Below the pieces are notes generated by a model that saw only the letters and a list, made by a program, of their open reading frames with translations, was not told the DNA's origin and ran no database searches. From the IMG/VR virus record IMGVR_UViG_3300030101_000994, positions 1-58,301 of that record: a stretch of 58,301 nt of DNA; one strand, written 5' to 3'. The stretch comes from a virus. Lineage: Duplodnaviria > Caudoviricetes. Positions 29,882 to 36,621 of the stretch are shown piece after piece (within the stretch, counting starts at the first letter, position 1; every line of letters begins with the position of its first letter). A program made the translations under genes and the position numbers.

Positions 29882-30939
29882 AGTATGTGGGCTATGACAT
29901 CAACAGTCCAACCATTACCTATCATTTTATAGCGTTGTGTATCTGACACGCCTTGTGTGTAATTATCTGGTAAGGTCTGTAAGCGTTCACATTCTAATGG
30001 TGTAAGTTTTCTCCAATAGTTTGTATCTATATTTTCGCTGACAACCACATTATCTTTTTGTACTGTGGTTAAGGTATTTGTTTTACCATCAAAACGAAGT
30101 TCTAATTGTTGGTCTGTCAATCCCGCTACTTTCATTTTGTGATCCTGCCGCACCCCGTCTATTTTGTACCTACCACGAAACGCACCACAATATACTTTTG
30201 GTTCTCGGTGTCCTCCTTGCATAGTCGTCAATGTCGGTGCTTTGCCTTCTTTCGCATACACCCGTTTCACGCTATCGTGTCCTTTTATATCAGCATCTCC
30301 CACACGCATACAGCTGAATACCAACTGCCGTCTTGCCTTTTTAAAATAGTTTTCTACATTCCCACCTTTAAAATAGTGTGCATCAATGCAATATGATTTA
30401 TCACGATCCACGCACCCACATTCTAGTATGTCTTTTAGATAAATGCGTTTGTTTTCGGGCAAGAACACTCTCGGTATATTTGTCCAGTACAAGCGTTCTC
30501 GGTTTTGTGCTGACACTAACGCACTATTGATACATAAAGGTTGCACCCCTAATTCTGCCGTTATCACCCGTTCGTGTTCCTTTGCCATTCTGACATTTTC
30601 AAGCAAAAAGTATTTCGGTTTTGTTTCTTCCAACACTCGCATAAACTCCCAGAACAGTTCTCCCCGTTCGTCTTTGAACCCTTCTTGCCGTCCAGCAAAC
30701 GAGAATGACTGACACGGCGAACCACCCATCACCAAGTCTGGTTTGGCCAGACTCACGCCTCTTGAACCTAGTTTGGTAATGTCGCCTAGTTCTCTCGTGT
30801 TTGGATAATTCTTTTTTGCTATAGTGATTGCATACTTGTCAATTTCTGCTGCTTCATAGTGTTCAACGGGCAAATTAGCCCGTTGACACGCTACTTGACC
30901 AGAGGACATTCCGTCAAATAAAGATAATACTTTCATCAA
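29857..30939 (-). CDS. DNA (cytosine-5)-methyltransferase
   Basis: LSLFDG, GGSPCQ, ENV, QNRER, RKLTPLECERLQ, IGNGW. Confidence 0.95.
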   Translation of the reverse strand: MMKVLSLFDGMSSGQVACQRANLPVEHYEAAEIDKYAITIAKKNYPNTRELGDITKLGSRGVSLAKPDLVMGGSPCQSFSFAGRQEGFKDERGELFWEFMRVLEETKPKYFLLENVRMAKEHERVITAELGVQPLCINSALVSAQNRERLYWTNIPRVFLPENKRIYLKDILECGCVDRDKSYCIDAHYFKGGNVENYFKKARRQLVFSCMRVGDADIKGHDSVKRVYAKEGKAPTLTTMQGGHREPKVYCGAFRGRYKIDGVRQDHKMKVAGLTDQQLELRFDGKTNTLTTVQKDNVVVSENIDTNYWRKLTPLECERLQTLPDNYTQGVSDTQRYKMIGNGWTVDVIAHILKNLAQTK

Positions 30940-31157
30940 AATTTATGTCCTAATATTCTTTTAAACTCTTCCCACTTCCATTTTTCATATTCTTCATCTA
31001 TCTCGGATTCTATAATCTCTCGGAAATGATTTACAATCATGTCAAGCCCTTTACACATACCATTATACTCGGCTCTCATATGGCTGTCATTTGGTTCTCC
31101 CCAACTTTGTTTTATATCTTTTGCTGCGTTTTTTAATCTATAAAATTCAATTTGCAT
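30936..31157 (-). CDS. Early hypothetical protein
   Basis: GAGGAG RBS; operon packing. Confidence 0.65.
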   Translation of the reverse strand: MQIEFYRLKNAAKDIKQSWGEPNDSHMRAEYNGMCKGLDMIVNHFREIIESEIDEEYEKWKWEEFKRILGHKF

Positions 31158-31413
31158 TTTTACTCTCCTCTATTAAATGGTGAATACAATTTCCTTCAAC
31201 AGTAAATAAATACTCATTCACTTCACAATGCTCTTGTATTTCATAATCTTTAGCATCAGAAAAATATTGATATTTTGTGATAATATTCCCGTCCTTATCT
31301 TCACAATCATATTCTATCGGATATTCATCTAACCACCATATTACTTTTAATTTAGCTTTTGGATCTAATTCTTTATATTGATACACATTAATCATAGCTT
31401 TTGGCATTTTCAT
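31147..31413 (-). CDS. Early acidic hypothetical protein
   Basis: VYQYKELDPKAK...NEYLFTVEG; GAGGAG RBS. Confidence 0.65.
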   Translation of the reverse strand: MKMPKAMINVYQYKELDPKAKLKVIWWLDEYPIEYDCEDKDGNIITKYQYFSDAKDYEIQEHCEVNEYLFTVEGNCIHHLIEESKNAN

Positions 31414-31576
31414 TCTCCTCTATTATTTCTACTTCTGATTTCTTAAAACATAATTGGTCATCTAATGTTTCTGCATCTTCATCTTCTATGACAACTTCCG
31501 TATCGTGTTCAACGATACACTTTCCATATATCTCTTGGTCTATTACTTTTATTCTTTTGTTAAGATAATGCTTCAT
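31388..31576 (-). CDS. Early acidic hypothetical protein
   Basis: GGAG RBS; small beta-rich ORF. Confidence 0.6.
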   Translation of the reverse strand: MKHYLNKRIKVIDQEIYGKCIVEHDTEVVIEDEDAETLDDQLCFKKSEVEIIEENENAKSYD

Positions 31577-31793
31577 TTTTTAACTCCATTGTTATAGGAT
31601 TAATATCTAGGAATCCTCCTCCATTACCTTCTGCATCTTGACACACTACAACTTGATATTGTTTTCCTTCATACTCGGTAATCAAAATTGGAAAAGGTTC
31701 TATGTCTTCACAATTATCATCTACATAAAATCTCATAATTTTATGACCAAGTAATTGTTTATAGTGGTTTATATATTTTTTAGTTATTTCCAT
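31560..31793 (-). CDS. Early hypothetical protein
   Basis: The AAAAGGAG RBS places the start at MEITKK; QDAEGNGGGFL motif. Confidence 0.65.
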   Translation of the reverse strand: MEITKKYINHYKQLLGHKIMRFYVDDNCEDIEPFPILITEYEGKQYQVVVCQDAEGNGGGFLDINPITMELKNEALS

Positions 31794-32064
31794 TCTTGCA
31801 CTCCTTTTCTTGTCCATCTAGTATTTCTGTAACATGATAGTTAATAATCTGATGTAATAAATGTGTCGCTATCAATTCATTCGGTGCAGTATCAAAAGCT
31901 AACTCGCATACAAAATGTTGCAAAGCCTTTACCATATTCGGTACTGATACTTGCTCTTGACTATCCTCACACAAATCTAATAACTTTTCACGCACCAATG
32001 CCATCTGCTGCACATCTCTCAATGGTGTTACTTTTTTTCTTTTAACTGTCTGTCTTTTAGCCAT
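31780..32064 (-). CDS. Early hypothetical protein
   Basis: AAGGAG RBS; FDTAPNE motif. Confidence 0.65.
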   Translation of the reverse strand: MAKRQTVKRKKVTPLRDVQQMALVREKLLDLCEDSQEQVSVPNMVKALQHFVCELAFDTAPNELIATHLLHQIINYHVTEILDGQEKECKNGNN

Positions 32065-32267
32065 ATTATTTCTCCTTGTTTTTTAGGTTTGATTATTAAA
32101 TCCGTCTTTTGTTGTCTTACTGCATCTTCTACTTTTTTCCAGTGTTGCCTTGCCCAGAGTGTTACATCTGGGCTAAAGCTACTTCTTAACTTTCTGACTC
32201 GCTCAAGTCTTAATTCAGCGACTATCTTTTTCATTTTCTTTTCGTCTATATCCATAAAGCTACACAT
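32028..32267 (-). CDS. Early hypothetical protein
   Basis: GAGGAG RBS; WARQHW. Confidence 0.55.
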   Translation of the reverse strand: MCSFMDIDEKKMKKIVAELRLERVRKLRSSFSPDVTLWARQHWKKVEDAVRQQKTDLIIKPKKQGEIIWLKDRQLKEKK

Positions 32268-32412
32268 CTTTATTCTCCTCTGATTCTGGTATTGTAACTC
32301 TTTGGTTAATTATATCTTGTATCAATTCAAGTACAGCTTTTAACTCATCTGTACTTAATTGAAAGAAATTTTCTTTTATTTCTGTTTGTAATTTTTTATG
32401 TTCAATCATCAT
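32260..32412 (-). CDS. Early hypothetical protein (50 aa, not in ORF track)
   Basis: MMIEHKKLQTEIKENFFQLSTDELKAVLELIQDIINQRVTIPESEENKDV; AAGGAG RBS. Confidence 0.6.
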   Translation of the reverse strand: MMIEHKKLQTEIKENFFQLSTDELKAVLELIQDIINQRVTIPESEENKDV

Positions 32413-32644
32413 TCAACTCCTTGTTAATTATGTCTAGGTCTGCCATACATTGTTCTACACTAGCTAATATGTCTTCAAATATTTCTTGTCCTTCCTCTGT
32501 ATAACTTGAGTTTCCATCTCTGTTATAAGTTACATACCTCTCATATTCTTTGCCATATTTTATCTGCATCAAATCATCTGCCCACTCGCAAGTGAAAGCG
32601 ATATACTCATCTGAACTTATTTTAATAGTTTTATTATCTGACAT
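32402..32644 (-). CDS. Early acidic hypothetical protein
   Basis: GAGGAG RBS; YTEEGQEIFE motif. Confidence 0.65.
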   Translation of the reverse strand: MSDNKTIKISSDEYIAFTCEWADDLMQIKYGKEYERYVTYNRDGNSSYTEEGQEIFEDILASVEQCMADLDIINKELNDD

Positions 32645-32975
32645 TTTTTAAATATCCTCCTCTCATCATAAACTTCTGTGGTTCGATATACTTGAACCAA
32701 TCAATCATGCTAGGAATAAATCCCAAGTCTTCTATAATATGTCTTTCAGCAATTAGTCTGACGGGGACTTTTCTTCCGTCTGAATTAGTAATGGTAGTGC
32801 CAAACTTTTCTTCACAAGCAAAGCAACCTTCTGCGTGGTGTCTTAACGCTCTATGTCTGAAGTCTGGCATTATCTTTTTACTCTCATCAAACCAATCGTG
32901 AATAGGTTGGTAGTCCTCTGGACTACCTCCCCATTTTTTTACAGATGATACTGCGTGATGGTAACAGTTAGCCAT
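32634..32975 (-). CDS. DUF6915-like His-rich protein
   Basis: HHAVSSVKKWGG..DYQPIHDWFDESK..RHRALRHH..IAERHIIEDLG. Confidence 0.7.
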   Translation of the reverse strand: MANCYHHAVSSVKKWGGSPEDYQPIHDWFDESKKIMPDFRHRALRHHAEGCFACEEKFGTTITNSDGRKVPVRLIAERHIIEDLGFIPSMIDWFKYIEPQKFMMRGGYLKNVR

Positions 32976-33195
32976 TTTTTACCTCCTTGAATGTTTTACC
33001 AAGACCATTCTCCCACGCCTCTGGGATAATCCAATTAGTCATATTTAATAACTCACAGAATTTTGGAAACAGTTCTTTTTCATAATCAGAATCATCTGCT
33101 AGTCGTCTAGATAACTCCTTTATAAACTCTCTAAATTCGTTTGTCAGTTCTATGTCTTTATCTTTGTATGCCATATTATATCTCCTCCACTTCAC
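32968..33195 (-). CDS. Early hypothetical protein
   Basis: The GGAGGAG RBS suggests the true start is MAYKDK (about 33174). Confidence 0.55.
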   Translation of the reverse strand: MKWRRYNMAYKDKDIELTNEFREFIKELSRRLADDSDYEKELFPKFCELLNMTNWIIPEAWENGLGKTFKEVKNG

Positions 33196-33694
33196 TATGT
33201 TCTACATAAGAAACATAATCGTGTAATATTGTACCTTTAACTACATCAAAAATAATATTGCCACTTTGACCTTCATTGATTTCCCAACCTCTGTGAAATG
33301 CCTCAAGATAATCATAAGCCATCTCTTCAATATAATCTTTTAAATCCATTGGATCGGTTGTATATTTATAAGTGTGGTCTGTATGACTCCAATACTTTCT
33401 TTCTCCAATGTCTACTATATGCTTTTCAGTAAGATTGATAGTATTTTTACCTACATAAAAGGTTGCATCTTCTAATGAACCATCATCTCCAGAACCACTA
33501 TAATATATTTCAACTCTATCTATTTTCATGTCTTTTAGTATCTTCATTATTTGTGGTTTAACACTTTCTTTAAAGCCCTTCTTTTTTCTTTCTTGTCTGG
33601 CATAAAACTCTTCGTGCCATTTCTTATTTTCTTCGTCTGTCTGATGAATACTAATACTACCATCATTTTCTTTTTTGAACTCTGTCATTGTCAT
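33176..33694 (-). CDS. DUF6878-like protein, first gene of the leftward early operon
   Basis: IYYSGSGDDG and GWEINEGQSG motifs; AAGGAG RBS. Confidence 0.65.
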   Translation of the reverse strand: MTMTEFKKENDGSISIHQTDEENKKWHEEFYARQERKKKGFKESVKPQIMKILKDMKIDRVEIYYSGSGDDGSLEDATFYVGKNTINLTEKHIVDIGERKYWSHTDHTYKYTTDPMDLKDYIEEMAYDYLEAFHRGWEINEGQSGNIIFDVVKGTILHDYVSYVEHSEVEEI

Positions 33695-33710
33695 CTCCTT
33701 GTTAAGTTAA

Positions 33711-33748
33711 TATAAGATATATCTTATAGGTATCTATATTATTGTCAA
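33711..33748 (-). promoter_or_regulatory. Leftward early promoter overlapped by a perfect 18-bp palindrome
   Basis: Minus strand TTGACA-16-TAAGAT; TATAAGATATATCTTATA at 33711-33728. Confidence 0.7.
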
Positions 33749-33801
33749 TACCTAATGCCATTCCTTACAACTTTTTTTTTAAACAAAGTGTAAAATAAGC
33801 A

Positions 33802-33896
33802 AAAGTTTTAGGAAAATAGGAAAATTAGCAGAAAACATAGTATTACAGAGAAAAAGTTTTAGGAAAGTTTTAGGAATTTTTCCTAAAGTTTAGGAA
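33802..33896. repeat. Iteron-like AAAGTTT(T)AGGAA repeats (candidate origin or packaging site)
   Basis: Copies at 33802, 33853, 33864 and 33885, plus inverted TTCCTAAA at 33880; flanked by T-tracts. Confidence 0.7.
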
Positions 33897-33976
33897 TATT
33901 ATAGACTTCTTACCGACCGACTGCTGCATTTTTTTTTTAATTTTTTTTTGTAAGTAAGTGCATTATACTATTTTGA

Positions 33977-34414
33977 ATGAAGTTAACTGAATCAAAAATC
34001 TGGTCTTACATTAACAAGATTCAAAAGCAGAAAAAAAATTGGCATTTTATAAGGATAGAATCCCATACAGTTAATGGAATCCCTGATATTAATGGTGTTA
34101 TCAATGGGCGTGAGTACTGGATAGAATTGAAGTGCAATCGTGGTAACAATATTGGATTAAGTAAGTATCAACTGTTATGGCATAGCAAAAGAATACAATC
34201 TGGAGGCAAATGTTTTATTCTGCATGCGACCGAGAAGCACGAGCATATAGAAATTCTCGAAGTGCGAGATTCCCGTTCCCGTTCTCGTTTCCCGTTTCCC
34301 GTTCGAATTGGTCTAGTGTCGTACCATCAGGAGCCGGGCAGCCCAGTGCTGCGTCCCGGGTCCCGGGTCCGGGAGGGGTTAGAAAGAGCCGTTGTTCAAA
34401 TGTCCCGTTTGTAG
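33977..34414 (+). CDS. PD-(D/E)xK nuclease (VRR-NUC / Holliday junction resolvase-like)
   Basis: ESKIW, RIES, GIPD, WIELK, LSKYQ..W; the C-terminus runs through repeat DNA. Confidence 0.75.
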   Translation: MKLTESKIWSYINKIQKQKKNWHFIRIESHTVNGIPDINGVINGREYWIELKCNRGNNIGLSKYQLLWHSKRIQSGGKCFILHATEKHEHIEILEVRDSRSRSRFPFPVRIGLVSYHQEPGSPVLRPGSRVREGLERAVVQMSRL

Positions 34415-34528
34415 TTCCCGTTTCCCGTTCTCGTTCGGCGTGTTCTAGTTGGAGGCGTAGATCCATCTGGGAGGCTGCACGGCAGCACACCGCAGCACTG
34501 GAACAAGACTTACATAGAAAAAAAATTT

Positions 34529-34556
34529 TTGCATATATATAAAAGCGTGATATAAT
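34529..34556 (+). promoter_or_regulatory. Strong early promoter
   Basis: A/T-tract UP-like element, then TTGCAT-16-TATAAT with extended -10 TGn. Confidence 0.75.
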
Positions 34557-34588
34557 AAAATTTTTCAAACTTAAAAAGAGGTAAAACA

Positions 34589-34939
34589 ATGACATATAAA
34601 ACTTGTAAAGAAAGAATCCAACAAGAATATCAAGACAGACTTGAACAGATAAGAACGGAAGAAGAACCCCCTTTCTTGTCTTTTGATTATGTAGAGCCGA
34701 ACACCTTCGAAGGTCAAGAGGTCGGTTATTATCGTTACCAGATGAGTTGGGGAGGTCCTTCTGATGAATTTAGAATGTACGACAATAGCGATAAAATTCA
34801 ATATTGGTTTTTAGATTGGTTTGACGGAGCATTTATAGAGGTTGATGACATTGAAGTTGTTGACTTGGTTAACTCTTACATTGAAAGCGTCAAAGAAAAA
34901 AAATTAAATCCCTTAAATAAAATTTTTAATTATACTTGA
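34589..34939 (+). CDS. Early acidic protein (WGGP motif)
   Basis: AAGAGG RBS; YQMSWGGPSDEFR...DWFDGA. Confidence 0.75.
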   Translation: MTYKTCKERIQQEYQDRLEQIRTEEEPPFLSFDYVEPNTFEGQEVGYYRYQMSWGGPSDEFRMYDNSDKIQYWFLDWFDGAFIEVDDIEVVDLVNSYIESVKEKKLNPLNKIFNYT

Positions 34940-34952
34940 GCCCGTTCTCGTT

Positions 34953-34990
34953 TCCCGTTCCCGTTTTCGGGAACGGGATTGTTTTGTTTT
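34953..34990 (+). terminator. Intrinsic terminator built from repeat units
   Basis: TCCCGTTCCCG-TTTT-CGGGAACGGGA (11-bp stem), then a T-rich tail. Confidence 0.65.
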
Positions 34991-35060
34991 GGTCCTTAGT
35001 TACCGGGCTGGCAGCACACCGGGTCAAGTTTTTGATTCTCCTACATTTGGGAAAAAGTAG

Positions 35061-35088
35061 TTGCAAAATATCCCATATATAATACAAT
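35061..35088 (+). promoter_or_regulatory. Early promoter
   Basis: TTGCAA-16-TACAAT. Confidence 0.55.
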
Positions 35089-35120
35089 AGTTCTTTTAAA
35101 CCAATAAAGGAGAATGAAAG

Positions 35121-35294
35121 ATGAATAAAGATGAATTTATAAAAGGGCTGATGAAGTACGGCAGAGACAAAGGGTTTATACAAGATAAGCCTAAAGAGGG
35201 TAGAACATATACTCTTGTGGGTGCAGGTAACTGTATTGCAGGTGGCAATACTTGGGCTGAATCAGAAGTACATAAAAAGAAAGAAGACAAATGA
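35121..35294 (+). CDS. Early small protein (57 aa, not in ORF track)
   Basis: AAAGGAG RBS; MNKDEFIKGLMKYGRDKGFIQDKPKEGRTYTLVGAGNCIAGGNTWAESEVHKKKEDK. Confidence 0.7.
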   Translation: MNKDEFIKGLMKYGRDKGFIQDKPKEGRTYTLVGAGNCIAGGNTWAESEVHKKKEDK

Positions 35295-35305
35295 GGGGGA
35301 AGTCC

Positions 35306-35340
35306 ACGGGAAACGCAGTTGCGTTTCCCGTTTCTCGTTC
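35306..35340 (+). terminator. Hairpin/terminator built from repeat units
   Basis: ACGGGAAACGC-AGTT-GCGTTTCCCGT (11-bp stem) right after the stop codon. Confidence 0.55.
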
Positions 35341-35430
35341 GAATTCCCGTTGGGGCGTTCGGCGTTATCAGTTGGAGCTGAGCAGCCAGTTGCAGCGGCC
35401 CGGGCGTGATGGTTTGGAGGCTATCGTGAT

Positions 35431-35544
35431 ATGATTCAGTTAGCAGTTTTCGTGGGCATTTTGTGCGTCCTTTGGTTCTTTACTAGATGGCTAGTGCTGT
35501 CTGTGGGTATCTTGGTCTTGACATACCTGATTTTTTTCTGTTAA
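35431..35544 (+). CDS. Small hydrophobic membrane protein (37 aa, not in ORF track)
   Basis: GGAGG RBS; MIQLAVFVGILCVLWFFTRWLVLSVGILVLTYLIFFC. Confidence 0.6.
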   Translation: MIQLAVFVGILCVLWFFTRWLVLSVGILVLTYLIFFC

Positions 35545-35738
35545 AAATGCCGTTTCTCGTTTCAACTCTCGTTGGTGCGTTCGGCGTTTCTAGTTTCTGG
35601 TCGTGCTGCGATCCGCTGCGGCCCCGGAAGCCCGTTTCTCGTTTCAACTCCCGTTGGTGCGTTCGGCGTTTCTAGTTTCTGGTTCCAGTTTTTACCTGGG
35701 CCCAGGAGCAGCAGAAAATAAATATTTATGTGCGGACA

Positions 35739-35809
35739 TATAAGATGTGTCTTATAGGATATTCCTATAACAGATATAGGTTGCATCTATAAGATATATC
35801 TTATATACT
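35739..35809 (+). promoter_or_regulatory. Early promoter with three operator-like palindromes
   Basis: TTGCAT(35781)-17-TATACT; perfect palindrome at 35788-35805; variants at 35739-35756 and 35753-35769. Confidence 0.75.
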
Positions 35810-35841
35810 ACAGGTATTATTAACTTAACTTGGAGGTTATT

Positions 35842-36102
35842 ATGTCAGATACAAAACTGATATTACAAACATTACAAAGCTTTGAGCGTAAGCTTGAAGA
35901 GATTAAAACTAATGCGGTTACCAACCCACAACCATTAACTGAAAGCAGTATTAATTGGTTGAATGTATATAAGGCTATGGAGTCTTGTGTCGAGGAGGTT
36001 ATGGTCGCTTATCCTAATAGTGAAGTCACTAGACTATTAAGGAATAAACTAGCAGAGAGATTACAACCTTTACTTGCTAGAATGAATGGGGAGGAACTAT
36101 AA
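35842..36102 (+). CDS. Early hypothetical protein
   Basis: GGAGG at 35832-35836 places the start at ATG 35842 (MSDTKL). Confidence 0.7.
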   Translation: MSDTKLILQTLQSFERKLEEIKTNAVTNPQPLTESSINWLNVYKAMESCVEEVMVAYPNSEVTRLLRNKLAERLQPLLARMNGEEL

Positions 36103-36452
36103 TGGGTACTTGGCACATAGACAAAGATAGGTTGAAAAAAATATTGACTAAACCTATTAAGAATAAAGAAAGCATAAAGAAGTTGAGTGACGGATTGGGC
36201 GATGATGCTTTCTTTGATTTCTTGGGTGTGATGCAAGACAAACATTCACCTAATCTGATAATCAACAAAGCAGTGATAGATTGGTTGACTACACCAGACC
36301 ACAATGATGAAATTTGGTTGACTCCTAAAGATGGTGAGGAGATAGTAACCAATAAAGTTGTAGACAAATATGGTAAACCAGATACTTGTCCAAGTTTGTT
36401 GGAGAATATAAAAAATAAAGTAGATGATATAATCAAAAAAAACACGAACTAA
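36102..36452 (+). CDS. Early hypothetical protein
   Basis: GGAGG RBS; MGTW...LGDDAFFD. Confidence 0.7.
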   Translation: MGTWHIDKDRLKKILTKPIKNKESIKKLSDGLGDDAFFDFLGVMQDKHSPNLIINKAVIDWLTTPDHNDEIWLTPKDGEEIVTNKVVDKYGKPDTCPSLLENIKNKVDDIIKKNTN

Positions 36453-36509
36453 CTCTCCAAGTTAGTCGTTGCAACGAATCGAGTCTCATTTGAGACTCGA
36501 TTTTTTTTT
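36440..36509 (+). ncRNA. Candidate anti-Shine-Dalgarno small RNA 2 (or 3' UTR element)
   Basis: Extended -10 TGATATAAT at 36425; hairpin ACTAACT-CTCCA-AGTTAGT; terminator downstream. Confidence 0.45.
36477..36509 (+). terminator. Intrinsic terminator
   Basis: AATCGAGTCTCA-TT-TGAGACTCGATT followed by a T-run. Confidence 0.85.
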
Positions 36510-36621
36510 GGTTTTTGCCGTTAGCAATTTTGCCGTTTTATTTCGTCAGGCTACCCGATAGTGTCTTCTTGCTAAAGTCGTGCAAGACAAATACACGTAA
36601 ATATGCTATAAAAATTCTAAG

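Larger units (their letters stand above)
34271..35713 (+). repeat. Six GC-rich blocks of (C/T)CGTT repeats separating early gene cassettes
   Basis: Blocks near 34271, 34404, 34941, 35306, 35550 and 35632; the last two form a 52-bp direct repeat with 1 mismatch. Confidence 0.85.

Noticed and set aside
34271-35713. CRISPR array
   Set aside because: Repeats are degenerate, unevenly spaced and separated by whole genes. There is no cas operon; the 18225 nuclease is a typical stand-alone phage exonuclease.
34210-35786. Track ORFs across the repeat region (34210+, 34215-, 34571-, 34926-, 35096-, 35215+, 35487+, 35562-)
   Set aside because: They arise from GC-rich repeats or shadow better-supported genes that have promoters and RBSs.
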